A stretch of DNA of 64,000 nucleotides from Ignavibacteriales bacterium (GCA_003568415.1 PWXV01000336.1:69774-133773), one strand, 5' to 3'; counted from the first letter of the stretch, positions 38,707-49,768 are shown. The notes: generated by a model from the sequence alone, not told the origin. Program-made: numbers and translations.

Positions 38707-38931
38707 TTATCCCGATATCATTGTATAACCTGCTTCGGCAATTTTTTGTTTCACATCTTCTTCATGTAAATCGTTTTCATGCGTGATAATAACTCGATTT
38801 TGCTCGAATGATGCTGTTGCCTCCTTGACGCCGGGTAATGTTTTAACGGCTTTGACAACTGCAGCTTCACAATGCCCGCAGGTCATTCCCTCAACGGTAA
38901 ATGTCGTTTTATTGCTCATATAATCCTCCAA
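38707..38931 (-). CDS. copZ: Copper chaperone CopZ (heavy-metal-associated domain). The start is probably the Met at 38919 (MSNKTTF...).
   Basis: GMTCGHCEAAV HMA motif, ~70 aa. It lies 4 bp downstream of copA on the same strand. Confidence 0.8.
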   Translation of the reverse strand: MEDYMSNKTTFTVEGMTCGHCEAAVVKAVKTLPGVKEATASFEQNRVIITHENDLHEEDVKQKIAEAGYTMISG

Positions 38932-38935
38932 ATAT

Positions 38936-41386
38936 TTATTGAAATTTATATTTTTTCAATCGTAATGAATTACTTAAAACAGAGACCGAACTCATAGCCA
39001 TAGCAAACGCTGCAAACATCGGATTCAGCAGTCCAAACGCAGCAAGTGGAATTCCCGTTGTGTTGTAAATAAACGCCCAGAACAGATTCTGCTTTATTGT
39101 TTTGAAAGTCCTTCTTGAAATTGCAATTGCATTAACCACACCCTGTAGATCACCTTTCATCAATGTGATATCCGATGCTTCCATCGCAATATCTGTTCCG
39201 CTGCCGATTGCTATTCCGAGATCTGCCTGTGCAAGAGCAGGCGCATCATTAATACCATCACCAACCATTGAGACTATTTTTCCATTGTCCTGATAGGATC
39301 GAACAATGGATGCTTTTTGATCCGGCATTACTTCTGATTTAAAATCATCGATGCCAACTTCGTGGGCAATAGCTTGAGCTGTTGTTTCGTTGTCTCCGGT
39401 GAGCATGATAATTTCGAGTCCCATTTGTTGTAGCTGGTGTACTGCATTTTTTGAATTATCCTTTATAACATCGGCAATGCCAATGACGCCAGCTATTTTG
39501 CCGTTGATAACACTATAGATTACTGTTTTTCCTTGTGATTGCAATCCTGCGGCAATATTTTCAGCATCGCCGAGCTTGATGGATTTTGAGGCAAGGAATG
39601 CCGGGCTGCCGACTATGATTTCGGTTCCGGCGACCGTGCCTGAGACACCAAGTCCCGTATGAGAATCGAATGTATCCGGCTCTATAAGATCACCATATTT
39701 TTCTTTTGCAAAACGAACGACTGCATCGGCAAGCGGATGTTCCGATTTATTTTCGATCGATGCAGTGAGTTGTAGTACATTATTTTCCGTATCGGAATTA
39801 TCAAGCATTTTAAAATCCGTGACGATAGGTTTACCGATTGTAATGGTTCCGGTTTTATCAAAAATTACCGTGTGAATCGCTTTGGCTTTTTCCAGTGCTT
39901 CGCTGTTCTTGATGAGGATTCCCATCTCGGCGCCTTTTCCTGTTCCCACCATGATCGCTGTTGGCGTAGCAAGACCAAGTGCACACGGACAAGCGATTAT
40001 CAATACGGCAACAAAGTTTAACAACGCAACGGTTAACCGGGCATCTCCGGAACCGGTAAAATACCAGCCGACAAACGATGCGATTGCGATGATGATGACT
40101 ATCGGTACAAAAACTGATGCAACTTTGTCGACAAGTTTTTGTACCGGTGCTTTGGAGGCCTGAGCATCCTGAACCAGTTTGATGATTTGTGCGAGTACGC
40201 TATCCTTACCGACTTTCGTGGCTTTATAGGTGAAACTACCGCTGTTGTTAATTGTCCCGCCGATCACATTTTCACCGGCCGATTTTTCGACCGGTATTGA
40301 CTCACCGGTTATCATTGACTCATCAACCGATGAGTAGCCCGTCTGGATAATTCCATCGACCGGAATTTTTTCACCCGGTTTTACGATAACATAATCGCCC
40401 ATTTGAACCTGAGCTATCGGAATATCTTTTTCATTTCCGTTTCGTATGACGCGGGCACTTTTGGGTTGTAATCCAATTAATTTCTTAATTGCTTCGGAAG
40501 TCCTTCCTTTGGCGCGGGCTTCAAGCAAACGTCCGAGCAGTATGAGTGTGATAATCACTGCCGCTGTATCGTAATATACGTGCGGTGTCTCACCTGCAGC
40601 GGCGAAAACCGCCGGAAAGAACGTCGCTGTGGCACTATAAAAATATGCTGCCGATGTTCCGATTGCGACGAGTGAATTCATATCTGCTGTAAATTGTTTC
40701 GTCGCGGCCCAGAATCCTGCAAAAAATCTGCTTCCGCCCCAGAACAAAACAGGTGTTGTGAGGACAAAAAATATGTAATTCCACGTTTGATGTGATAATG
40801 AATGAATGAGCGGAACGTTATCCCACATTAATCCCATTTCAAAAACGGTTATCGGTACAGTCAGCAGTGCACTTACGATCAATTTGAATTTCAGGGTGGA
40901 ATAATCTTTGTCACGCTGTGTATCCCGGTCGGTTGTATCCTGTACATTCGACAGAGAATAGCCGGCTTGTTCAATAGCATTTTTAATTGCTTCTTCAGAT
41001 ACGTGACCCGGTTTGTACCGGATAACTGCGTCCTCGGTTGCAAGATTTATCGAAGCCTCGGATATACCATCAAGCGATTTTAATGCTTTCTCAACCCGTG
41101 CAACACAGCTTGCACACGTCATACCCTCAATACCGATTGTCGATTCTTCGATCGGTACCTCATAGCCCGCCGCAACGATTGCCTGTTCCAAAGCATCGAA
41201 GGGAACCTTCTCCGGATCGAGATCTACCGCAGCAGATTCGGTTGCAAGATTAACCGAAGCCGACGTGACTCCATCTATTCGCTCGAGGGCATCCTGTACA
41301 CGTTTAACGCAGCTCGCGCACGTCATGCCGGTCACGGGAATATTAATTTTTGTGGTTTTTTCTTCTATCATAGTCGATCGTATCAT
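38936..41386 (-). CDS. copA: Copper-translocating P1B-type ATPase with two N-terminal HMA domains.
   Basis: Two GMTCASC motifs, CPCALG (TM6 CPC), DKTGTIT, and [11 protein letters not shown]. Confidence 0.9.
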   Translation of the reverse strand: MIRSTMIEEKTTKINIPVTGMTCASCVKRVQDALERIDGVTSASVNLATESAAVDLDPEKVPFDALEQAIVAAGYEVPIEESTIGIEGMTCASCVARVEKALKSLDGISEASINLATEDAVIRYKPGHVSEEAIKNAIEQAGYSLSNVQDTTDRDTQRDKDYSTLKFKLIVSALLTVPITVFEMGLMWDNVPLIHSLSHQTWNYIFFVLTTPVLFWGGSRFFAGFWAATKQFTADMNSLVAIGTSAAYFYSATATFFPAVFAAAGETPHVYYDTAAVIITLILLGRLLEARAKGRTSEAIKKLIGLQPKSARVIRNGNEKDIPIAQVQMGDYVIVKPGEKIPVDGIIQTGYSSVDESMITGESIPVEKSAGENVIGGTINNSGSFTYKATKVGKDSVLAQIIKLVQDAQASKAPVQKLVDKVASVFVPIVIIIAIASFVGWYFTGSGDARLTVALLNFVAVLIIACPCALGLATPTAIMVGTGKGAEMGILIKNSEALEKAKAIHTVIFDKTGTITIGKPIVTDFKMLDNSDTENNVLQLTASIENKSEHPLADAVVRFAKEKYGDLIEPDTFDSHTGLGVSGTVAGTEIIVGSPAFLASKSIKLGDAENIAAGLQSQGKTVIYSVINGKIAGVIGIADVIKDNSKNAVHQLQQMGLEIIMLTGDNETTAQAIAHEVGIDDFKSEVMPDQKASIVRSYQDNGKIVSMVGDGINDAPALAQADLGIAIGSGTDIAMEASDITLMKGDLQGVVNAIAISRRTFKTIKQNLFWAFIYNTTGIPLAAFGLLNPMFAAFAMAMSSVSVLSNSLRLKKYKFQ

Positions 41387-41465
41387 GTAGTAAGAACATA
41401 TTACAAATATAGCATATTTTAAATGTATGTGCGTTATAAATAAACAGATTTTTTGTACAAAATTT

Positions 41466-42044
41466 TCAGGTGAGCTTATCGATGGTTTTTCTCGGATTCC
41501 CGACTATTTTCTTGAATTGAGTCGGTGAGAGACCCGTGACTTGTTTAAATTGATTTGAGAGGTGCTGTGTGCTGCTATAATGAAGGCGGTGTGCTATTTC
41601 ACTCAGAGTGAGTTCCTCATATTTAAGCAGTTCTTTTACACGTTCAATTTTCTGTAAAATAACATACTTTTCAATGGTAATGTTCTCTACCGATGAAAAC
41701 AATGTGCTGAGATAGTTATAATCCATACCCAATGTGCGGGATAAATAGGACGACAGCGTGAGGCGACGTGCTTCATTACCCTTCTCGTTATTATAAATTA
41801 AATCTATAACTGCAATCTTAATTTTTTCGACGATTTTCCGCTTTTGATCTTCGAGAAGTTCAAATCCGTTAGCTTCCATTACCGTTCTGATCTTTTCGAG
41901 GAGATCGGGTGTAAGCGCTTCCTCGATTTCCGCCTCGCCAAGATCAACCCGTTTTATCTTCACGTTTAGATTTTCCAATTCATCACGAACAACCCGGATA
42001 CATCTCGGACAAACCATATTTTTGATGTATAGATGAGTTGCCAT
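41466..42044 (-). CDS. AraC-family transcriptional regulator with an N-terminal metal-binding (MxCxxC) domain. It is a candidate copper-responsive regulator of copA/copZ.
   Basis: N-terminal NMVCPRC (HMA-like). C-terminal AraC HTH ([35 protein letters not shown]). Confidence 0.65.
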   Translation of the reverse strand: MATHLYIKNMVCPRCIRVVRDELENLNVKIKRVDLGEAEIEEALTPDLLEKIRTVMEANGFELLEDQKRKIVEKIKIAVIDLIYNNEKGNEARRLTLSSYLSRTLGMDYNYLSTLFSSVENITIEKYVILQKIERVKELLKYEELTLSEIAHRLHYSSTQHLSNQFKQVTGLSPTQFKKIVGNPRKTIDKLT

Positions 42045-42052
42045 ATCCTCCG

Positions 42053-42502
42053 TTAAAGTTTGTTAATCAGTGTATCGTTTATCTCCATCGCTGATCGCAA
42101 ATTACGATTAATACGAATTGATAGAACACGAATTCGCTGAATATTTGTTGTCTCGCTATCCAATTCCTCCCGAATCGAACTCACCATAGGTTTTGTGTCA
42201 TCACAGAGTGTTGATAGCTCTTCCATTTCTCGTGCAACGCGTGCTTTTTGGGTGGATGTGAGAAGCGTTTCTATCTCTCTGAGCATATACTCCATTTCAC
42301 GTAAGTTAGTATGTATCATTCCGTGGTGTGCTCGCGCAACTGCCTCGTTGTAATCATTATTATCGATCATTTGCTGAATCATATATGCATGACCACGTAC
42401 AAGACGGCATTTTTCATTAAGTTCACCGATTTTATCAATGACCTGAGAGTTGGCAGGAAGAATCAGAAGGCACGTCAATAGTATATAGAATATGGTTTTC
42501 AT
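42053..42502 (-). CDS. Secreted hypothetical protein (signal peptide), the first gene of the copper module.
   Basis: Signal MKTIFYILLTCLLILPANSQ. The mature part is helical and His/Met-containing. No family was recognised. Confidence 0.4.
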   Translation of the reverse strand: MKTIFYILLTCLLILPANSQVIDKIGELNEKCRLVRGHAYMIQQMIDNNDYNEAVARAHHGMIHTNLREMEYMLREIETLLTSTQKARVAREMEELSTLCDDTKPMVSSIREELDSETTNIQRIRVLSIRINRNLRSAMEINDTLINKL

Positions 42503-42644
42503 AGGTATACCCTCCTTAAATAATCGGATCGGCTTCTTATAGAAATATATATTGTAATTTATTAAAAAACAAACACCTATAGCGTAAAAGCCCGCGAATT
42601 TATATTGATTATGCAGATTATTATTTGTATCTTACTCTGATATT

Positions 42645-42749
42645 GAGAGGTCAAGTACTGTGCAACGATAACTTGCCGAACCCCGCCAGGCCCGGAAGGG
42701 AGCAACGGTAGGCAATGATTATTGTGTGACACAGTGAGCTTGACCTCTC
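42645..42749 (+). ncRNA. ffs: Signal recognition particle RNA (small/4.5S type), ffs.
   Basis: Conserved domain-IV core CCGCCAGGCCCGGAAGGGAGCAACGGUAG. The perfect 11-bp terminal helix GAGAGGUCAAG / CUUGACCUCUC encloses ~105 nt and is followed by a U-rich tail. Confidence 0.75.
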
Positions 42750-43025
42750 TATTTTATATTTAAAATTTTACTTGAAACAAACCTTGAAATATATTACATT
42801 GTAATCAATTATACTAACTAGGTTTGGGACTTAAAAAAGTTTTGATGGACATTACATACCAAAAATATCTTATAAAATTAATTGTATTCCTCGACCGCTG
42901 GATATCCACGTATTTACTTATGACACCTGAATCTTATTACGAATACCCTGATGTGGTACCGGCGGGCGGATCAAAATTATATACTTACAAATGTATGCCT
43001 GAATGGGCAAAGGATTTTTATAATA

Positions 43026-44672
43026 ATGAAAAAGGAAATTATTTTAAATGCGACTGCCAACGAGACGCGCATCGCAATTACCGAGGATGGCCGTTTGGCA
43101 GAGTTGTTTGTCGATACCCCGGAAACCGAACGTATGGTCGGGGATATATATCTGGGCAAAGTTGCACGTGTTTTACCAGGTATCAGAGCGGCTTTTATAG
43201 ATATCGGCCATAAGCAGGATGCTTTTCTGCATTTTTCCGATATCGGGAAAAATGTTGATCAATACGCTACACTGTTTGAAGACGAAGATGCAGACATAGA
43301 TTCTGATGACGATGATGACGACGATGAAGTAGACGATAACCCGAGAAACTCAGGTACTGCAACGGCAGAATCTACCCGTACAGTTCGGCGTGGATTTCGG
43401 AGGAAGAAGCAACCCCAGGATCGCTCTGCAGATTCGCAGCCTGATATTAACCTGAAAAAAGGCCAGGATATAATCATACAGATTATCAAAGAACCTGTTG
43501 CTAACAAAGGTGTGCGGGTCAGTTCAGAAGTATCTTTACCCGGTAGATATCTGGTATTAATTCCATTCGGAGGCGGTAAAGTTGGTGTTTCCCGGAAAAT
43601 TACTAACTTCCGCGAAAAGCGCCGTTTACGACGTATTGTACGTTCAATCATGCCAAAAAATTACGGTGCCATAATCCGCACCGTTGCTGAAGGGCGGGAT
43701 GAGGAAGCGATTAAAAATGACCTTGAAGACTTGCTTGAGACCTGGGGAGAGATCGAGCAAAGTGTAAAAACCGAATCCGCACCGATGCTGCTGTATAAAG
43801 ATGTAAGCACAACTTCAAGTGTGATCCGGGATCTCTTTCAAAGTGATGTTTCCCGTGTGGTTGTTGATTCGAAAAAACTCTACCGTGAAATCCGCACCTA
43901 TGTAAAATGGTTTGCACCACATATGGCAGATAAGGTTGAGTTGTACCGCGGGAGAGAACCGGTGTTTGATGTTTTTGGTGTTGAAAAAGAAATTGCCAAA
44001 TCGTTACAACGAAAGGTATGGTTGAAAAGCGGCGGCTATATTATCATCGAACCTACCGAAGCGATGGTCGTAATCGATGTGAATAGCGGCCGATACGCTG
44101 CAAATCAGGCGCAGGAATTGAACTCATTACGGACGAACCTGGAAGCAGCACGTGAAATTGCCCGGCAGATCAGATTGCGGGATATCGGCGGTATCATCGT
44201 TATAGACTGCATCGATCTCGAAGATGAAAAGAATCAGAAAAAAGTCTATGATGAATTCAAGAAGGAATTACGGAAAGACAGGGCCAAAGGAACGGTTTAT
44301 CCGATGACAGAACTGGCGCTTGTTCAAATTACAAGACAGCGGATCAGGCAAAATATTTTACATAGCTTCGCAGAAGCCTGCCCGACGTGTGGAGGCGGCG
44401 GTCTTGTCGCTTCTAAATCTTCAATTGTCAATCGTGTAGAACGCTGGCTGAGAAGAATGGTCACCGATAACAAAGAATTTAAATGGACGCTTTACGTGAG
44501 TCCGATCCTTGCAGATTATCTCAATGACGGATTCTTGAGCCGCCTTTTCAGATTGCAACTAAAATATCGTGTGAGACTGGTTCTGCAACCCGATTCAAAT
44601 CTTTCTATTGATGAATTTCGATTCATTTCACACAAACAAAAGAAAGACCTAACCGATAATTACACAGAATAA
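43026..44672 (+). CDS. rng: Ribonuclease G/E family endoribonuclease (Rne/Rng), with an acidic insertion.
   Basis: N-terminal S1 region (MKKEIILNATANETRIAITEDGRLAELFV...GDIYLGKV) and the catalytic DNase-I-like region. The ATG at 43026 is preferred over the ORF-track extension to 42951. There is a poly-Asp/Glu insert (EDEDADIDSDDDDDDDEVDD). Confidence 0.8.
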   Translation: MKKEIILNATANETRIAITEDGRLAELFVDTPETERMVGDIYLGKVARVLPGIRAAFIDIGHKQDAFLHFSDIGKNVDQYATLFEDEDADIDSDDDDDDDEVDDNPRNSGTATAESTRTVRRGFRRKKQPQDRSADSQPDINLKKGQDIIIQIIKEPVANKGVRVSSEVSLPGRYLVLIPFGGGKVGVSRKITNFREKRRLRRIVRSIMPKNYGAIIRTVAEGRDEEAIKNDLEDLLETWGEIEQSVKTESAPMLLYKDVSTTSSVIRDLFQSDVSRVVVDSKKLYREIRTYVKWFAPHMADKVELYRGREPVFDVFGVEKEIAKSLQRKVWLKSGGYIIIEPTEAMVVIDVNSGRYAANQAQELNSLRTNLEAAREIARQIRLRDIGGIIVIDCIDLEDEKNQKKVYDEFKKELRKDRAKGTVYPMTELALVQITRQRIRQNILHSFAEACPTCGGGGLVASKSSIVNRVERWLRRMVTDNKEFKWTLYVSPILADYLNDGFLSRLFRLQLKYRVRLVLQPDSNLSIDEFRFISHKQKKDLTDNYTE

Positions 44673-44681
44673 GTATTCACT

Positions 44682-45785
44682 ATGGAGAAAACACCTTTTT
44701 ACGACGTACATACCGCTTTGGGTGCAAAGATAGTAGATTTCGGCGGGTATGCTATGCCTGTACAATATACCGGTATCATTGATGAACACAATCGTGTACG
44801 CAATCGTGTGGGAATGTTTGATGTGTCGCATATGGGTGAAGTAGAAGTGAGTGGTGAACGGGCGAAAGAATTTGTTCAGTATATTACCCTGAATGATGTC
44901 AATAAACTCTACGAAGGGCGGGCACAATATTCGGCGATGACATACGATGACGGCGGATTAATTGACGATCTCCTTGTCTACCATCTCGGTGATAAATATA
45001 TGCTCGTCATTAATGCGGCAAACAGGGATAAAGACGTTTCCTGGATTGAAAAACAAGCCGCATCGTTTGACAGTGTTTCGGTTAATGACAAAAGCGATTC
45101 TATTGCATTAATTGCCGTTCAAGGGCCGAAGTCAGGTGATGTTTTACAACGACTTACCGATGTTGACCTTTCAGGAATAAAGTTTTATCATTTCGAATCC
45201 GGGAAGTTAGCCGGCATCGATATGATCATTTCTCGCACCGGTTACACCGGTGAATATGGTTTCGAATTGTACTACCATGCCACACAAGCAGATAATGCTT
45301 CAGTCTGGAATGCGATCCAGGAAGCGGGTAAACCGGAAGATATCGGACCAGCCGGTTTAGGTGCACGCGATACCCTCCGGCTCGAAATGGGATTATTGCT
45401 TTACGGAAATGATATGAACGAACAAATATCGCCTCTTGAAGCGGGACTCGGGTGGATTACCAAATTTGATAAGGGAGACTTTATCGGTAAGGATGCGCTA
45501 CTTGCGCTCAAAGAAAAAGGTATACAACGTAAAATAACGGGCTTAAAGATAGTCGATGCGAAATTATCACGTCGGGCTATACCCCGAAAGGGATATCCTA
45601 TTATGGCAAATGGGAAGCAGATCGGTGAAGTGACAAGCGGTACATTGTCTCCGACATTACAGGCATGTATTGCAATGGGATATATTGATCGTGACTTTGC
45701 CGAGGAGGGAAGAGAAGTTGCTATTTCGGTTCGCGGAAATAATGTGGCATATGTCGTAACAAAACCGCCATTCATTCGTCGATAG
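44682..45785 (+). CDS. gcvT: Glycine cleavage system aminomethyltransferase T.
   Basis: GcvT family (YDVHTALGAKIVDFGGYAMPVQY...MFDVSHMGE). Confidence 0.85.
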   Translation: MEKTPFYDVHTALGAKIVDFGGYAMPVQYTGIIDEHNRVRNRVGMFDVSHMGEVEVSGERAKEFVQYITLNDVNKLYEGRAQYSAMTYDDGGLIDDLLVYHLGDKYMLVINAANRDKDVSWIEKQAASFDSVSVNDKSDSIALIAVQGPKSGDVLQRLTDVDLSGIKFYHFESGKLAGIDMIISRTGYTGEYGFELYYHATQADNASVWNAIQEAGKPEDIGPAGLGARDTLRLEMGLLLYGNDMNEQISPLEAGLGWITKFDKGDFIGKDALLALKEKGIQRKITGLKIVDAKLSRRAIPRKGYPIMANGKQIGEVTSGTLSPTLQACIAMGYIDRDFAEEGREVAISVRGNNVAYVVTKPPFIRR

Positions 45786-45807
45786 TTAATAGAAGGGGAT
45801 ACTGAAG

Positions 45808-46560
45808 ATGCACATAGATTTACTTATGACACCAACCGGCACGAGTGAGTTGTTCTTTCGTGACAAGAATGTTGTAGTGATCGATGTCTTACGCGCAAGC
45901 ACATCGATTATAACAGCACTGAATAATGGGGCTCGTGAAGTTATTCCGGTTGCAAGTGTGGAAAACGCTGTTAAGGTGTCAGGTAGTTTGTTCGGTGATG
46001 TCGTACTCCGGTGTGGAGAACGCGAAGGGAAAATTATCCCCGGTTTTAATCTGGGGAATTCGCCTTTTGAATATACCCCCGACGCGGTAGCAAAAAAATC
46101 TTTAATTTTTACCAGTACAAATGGTTCGTTAGCAATGGTGAAGGCAAAATTTGCCAGGCGTATTGTGGTTGCAGCTTTTATAAACATTAGCACCGTTGTT
46201 AATTATCTGATGAAACTAAACGAGGACTTCGTAATCGTGTGTGCCGGCAAGGAACATAATTTCTGCATCGAAGATGTTGTGTGTGGCGGTATGGTAATTG
46301 ATATGCTCAAAAAAAATGAAATTGAAATAACACAAACCGATGCATCCCAGGCTGCACAGATTTTGTATAAGTCGTTTAAACGTTCATTACATAAAATGCT
46401 CCGGAATTCAGACCATGGCAAGTATCTTATTTCTATAGGATTTGAAAAAGATCTGAAAGTGTGCGCTGAAGTTGATAGTATCGAAGTGCTGCCAATACTT
46501 GATAAAGGTGTTGTGAAATTAATGAAAGATGAAGTCGCATTACAGGAGAAATCGGCCTAA
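45808..46560 (+). CDS. comB: 2-phosphosulfolactate phosphatase family protein (ComB-like).
   Basis: VVVIDVLRASTSIITAL...EVIPV signature of the ComB family. Confidence 0.7.
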   Translation: MHIDLLMTPTGTSELFFRDKNVVVIDVLRASTSIITALNNGAREVIPVASVENAVKVSGSLFGDVVLRCGEREGKIIPGFNLGNSPFEYTPDAVAKKSLIFTSTNGSLAMVKAKFARRIVVAAFINISTVVNYLMKLNEDFVIVCAGKEHNFCIEDVVCGGMVIDMLKKNEIEITQTDASQAAQILYKSFKRSLHKMLRNSDHGKYLISIGFEKDLKVCAEVDSIEVLPILDKGVVKLMKDEVALQEKSA

Positions 46561-46608
46561 ACTTCTTAGGTAACATGTCATAGCTACGAGGATAGTAGGT
46601 CAGAAAGT

Positions 46609-49125
46609 ATGAAAAAGGGAGTAAAAAAAAGCAAGCGAAACAACGCTCAGAAAAACAAGTCAAGAATTTCGCATCAACAAAAACGTTCTGTTGCCGCAAT
46701 TGCAATAACCGTCATCGGAATATTACTGCTCCTGAGTATTGTTTCGTATACACCTGCCGATGAGCCTGTCACCGATGTATCCGTACTTGAGTTGTGGAAG
46801 GTTTTTTCAGGTGATGCAGAAATTCAGGCAAAAGCCGATATCGCCCGGAACTGGCTTGGACTGATCGGTGCTATCGTTTCTCATTTTCTGATCAATTCGG
46901 CATTCGGGTATTCGGTGCTATTCTTTCCGTTGCTGATCATCACCTGGGGGTGGTATATATTCCGCGGTAAAGATCCGCGTAACCTGATAGTCCTTACCAA
47001 TTATACTCTCGTATTTATTATTCTTGCTGCCACAGCATTCGGTCTTGTGCGTTTGATGGCAGAAGAACCAGTCCTTACTATGAACTGGTCGGGCATGATC
47101 GGTGATTATCTTGCAAAGTCGATGTCCAAATTGATAGGACTGGTCGGCAGTTCAATTGTAACGCTTACACTTTTAATCATTACAATCGTATTTGCAATTG
47201 ATCTTAATCTTCAGCGTTCTCTCGATCGCGTTAAACACGGCTATGCCCGTATAATTGACGGTAAAAACCGTAAGGTGAATGAATGGCGGCAGAGAAGTGC
47301 CGAACGAAAAGCTATGCGGCAGCAAGAACGGGATGAACGCGAAGCGGAGGAAATCACCGCACGTGAACCGCAACAGCCTGAAAGAAGTACAAAAGTTCGT
47401 CAACCGGTTATTGTCCACGCAGATGAAGAAGAACATTATGAGAAAGCTTCTGCACAGGGCATAAAACAAGACAGGCTGCATCAGGATAGAAACGGTTCAT
47501 CGCAAGGGGATCAGATTGAATCCGGTGTGGATAGCAATCAGGATGATTTAGAACTGACTATAAAGGAAGGTGTAAAAGAGGAGGAAGCCGATCCCGATAA
47601 GACCCCACAGTCCTATATCGCTTCCGATACCCCTGAAGAGATCGATTATGTTTTCCCGTCAATTGAATTGCTTGAAAGCGGATCATCCGCAACTAATGTA
47701 AACGACGAGGAGCTGAAATCAAATGCCGAGTTGTTGCGTGAAAAGCTAGCCGATTTTGGTGTAGAGATAGAAAGTGTAAGTGTAACACCGGGACCGGTCC
47801 TCACATTATATGAGCTTGTTCCGGCAACCGGGGTTAAGATCAGTAAAATCACAAGCCTTGCCGACGATCTTGCTCTTGCGCTTCAGGCAAAAGGTATACG
47901 AATACTTGCCCCGATACCGGGCAAAGGTGTAGTCGGAGTTGAAATACCGAATCACAATCCGTCAGTTGTAACGTTCAGAAGTGTCGTTAATTCGCGGAAA
48001 TTTCAGGAGTCAAGGTTCGCCCTCCCGATGGCAATGGGTAAAACAATTTCAGGTGAAGTATATGTGGACGATCTCGCGAAATTTCCACACCTTCTCATAG
48101 CAGGATCTACCGGATCAGGAAAGAGTGTTGGTATTAACACGATCATTGCCAGTTTTCTCTACCGGTTACATCCCTCGGATATTAAATTTGTAATTATCGA
48201 TCCCAAAAAAATCGAGTTAACCCCATACCGACAGCTTGATCGCCATTATCTTGCAGTATCGCCCGATATCGATGAGTCGATTGCAACCAATGCACAAAAT
48301 GCCGTAACTGTGCTCCGTGGTGTAGAGATAGAGATGGAGAAGCGGTACGATACGCTTGCAAGTGCCGGAGTCAGAAATATTCACGATTATAATAAAAAAG
48401 TCACAGCCGGTAATATTAAAACAACCGATGGTGTAAAGCACAAAAAGTTACCGTATCTCGTTGTAATCATCGATGAGCTTGCGGATCTGATGCTTACCGC
48501 GGCAAAGGATGTTGAAGATCCGATTGCACGATTGGCACAGCTTGCCCGCGCTGTTGGAATTCATTTGATCCTGGCAACCCAGAGACCGTCGGTTAATGTT
48601 ATCACCGGAGTTATTAAAGCGAACTTCTCCGCCCGCATTGCATATCAGGTAGCACAGAAAAATGATTCGCGTACTATACTCGATATGAATGGTGCGGAAC
48701 AATTACTCGGTAACGGAGATATGTTGTATCTCCCGAGCGGTAGTCCGAAACCGACCCGGTTACAGAATTCGTTCATCTCAACAGATGAGGTAGAGTGTCT
48801 CACGGCACACATAAAAAAACAACCGGGATATTCTAAGCCCTATTACCTGCCGTCGGTCGTTGAGAAAAAGAAATCAGGATACGGCGGTGGTGATGATGCG
48901 CGGGATGATCTGTTTGAAGAAGCTGCAGAGCTGGTTGTTCGACATCAACAGGGATCCGTTTCTCTGATACAACGTCGTTTGAAAGTAGGGTACTCGCGTG
49001 CTGCCCGCATTATTGATGAACTGGAAGCCGCAGGTATTGTTGGACCGTTTGACGGGAGCAAAGCCCGCCAGGTACTTGTTGAAACTGATAGCGAATTGCA
49101 TATGATATTAGAATCTCTAAAATAA
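46609..49125 (+). CDS. ftsK: DNA translocase FtsK.
   Basis: N-terminal TM domain, linker, a motor with Walker A GSTGSGKSV and Walker B VVIIDELADL, and a C-terminal gamma (winged-helix) domain. Confidence 0.9.
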   Translation: MKKGVKKSKRNNAQKNKSRISHQQKRSVAAIAITVIGILLLLSIVSYTPADEPVTDVSVLELWKVFSGDAEIQAKADIARNWLGLIGAIVSHFLINSAFGYSVLFFPLLIITWGWYIFRGKDPRNLIVLTNYTLVFIILAATAFGLVRLMAEEPVLTMNWSGMIGDYLAKSMSKLIGLVGSSIVTLTLLIITIVFAIDLNLQRSLDRVKHGYARIIDGKNRKVNEWRQRSAERKAMRQQERDEREAEEITAREPQQPERSTKVRQPVIVHADEEEHYEKASAQGIKQDRLHQDRNGSSQGDQIESGVDSNQDDLELTIKEGVKEEEADPDKTPQSYIASDTPEEIDYVFPSIELLESGSSATNVNDEELKSNAELLREKLADFGVEIESVSVTPGPVLTLYELVPATGVKISKITSLADDLALALQAKGIRILAPIPGKGVVGVEIPNHNPSVVTFRSVVNSRKFQESRFALPMAMGKTISGEVYVDDLAKFPHLLIAGSTGSGKSVGINTIIASFLYRLHPSDIKFVIIDPKKIELTPYRQLDRHYLAVSPDIDESIATNAQNAVTVLRGVEIEMEKRYDTLASAGVRNIHDYNKKVTAGNIKTTDGVKHKKLPYLVVIIDELADLMLTAAKDVEDPIARLAQLARAVGIHLILATQRPSVNVITGVIKANFSARIAYQVAQKNDSRTILDMNGAEQLLGNGDMLYLPSGSPKPTRLQNSFISTDEVECLTAHIKKQPGYSKPYYLPSVVEKKKSGYGGGDDARDDLFEEAAELVVRHQQGSVSLIQRRLKVGYSRAARIIDELEAAGIVGPFDGSKARQVLVETDSELHMILESLK

Positions 49126-49141
49126 TAAAGGAGGGAGGGAA

Positions 49142-49768
49142 ATGCATACATTAGTATTACTGTGGGGAATGTTGGTTGTTGGCATAGGAACACTTGGTGC
49201 TCAGGAGAGCATCGTACAGAATGTGCAAAATACTTACGATAATATTGATAATGCCGTTATTGTCTATGAGCAAATTTCTGAGTTTCCGGTAACGAGAAGA
49301 GAACAAACATTTGAGGGCGTCGTTTATATGAAGCGGCCGAATTATTACCGCGTCGAATCCGAACAACAAACAGTGGTAACTGATGGCAACACTATTTGGT
49401 CGTATAATCCTTTTACCGACCAGGTAATAATTGATTTGTATCAGGAAGAGGAACAGATGTTCACACCCGATCGCTTTCTGCTTAATATTCCCGACGAATT
49501 TTATGTTACGGTCGGAGACCGAGAGACGGTGGAGGGACAGTCGCTCATTATGCTTCGGTTAGTTCCGAAGGATGATCACCAGTTTGTGCGGTCGATGCGT
49601 CTCTGGGTGGACGATAGTCGCTGGATAGTTATGAAGGCAGAGGTGATAGATCTGAATGAAAACAAAAACACATATCACGTTCGTGATATTCAGATAAATG
49701 AGGGGGTTGATGAAAATTTGTTTTCCTATCAACCGCCCGAAAATGTTGAAATAATAGACCTACGCTAA
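49142..49768 (+). CDS. lolA: Outer-membrane lipoprotein carrier protein LolA-like.
   Basis: Signal peptide and a LolA-like beta-barrel pattern (FEGVVYMKRPNYYRVE...GNTIWSYNPFTDQV). Confidence 0.65.
   Translation: MHTLVLLWGMLVVGIGTLGAQESIVQNVQNTYDNIDNAVIVYEQISEFPVTRREQTFEGVVYMKRPNYYRVESEQQTVVTDGNTIWSYNPFTDQVIIDLYQEEEQMFTPDRFLLNIPDEFYVTVGDRETVEGQSLIMLRLVPKDDHQFVRSMRLWVDDSRWIVMKAEVIDLNENKNTYHVRDIQINEGVDENLFSYQPPENVEIIDLR

Noticed and set aside
42951-43025. ORF-track N-terminal extension of rng.
   Set aside because: RNase G/E proteins start at the S1-domain sequence MKKEIILN. The 25 upstream residues have no counterpart in the family.
42824-43213. 129-aa + strand ORF spanning the rng leader and start.
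   Set aside because: Its 3' half overlaps rng out of frame. It has no ribosome-binding site, and its Cys/Tyr-rich composition looks like a chance translation of the AT-rich leader.
43270-43340. GAT/GAC-rich repeat tract.
   Set aside because: It is the in-frame poly-Asp/Glu insertion of rng, not a non-coding microsatellite.
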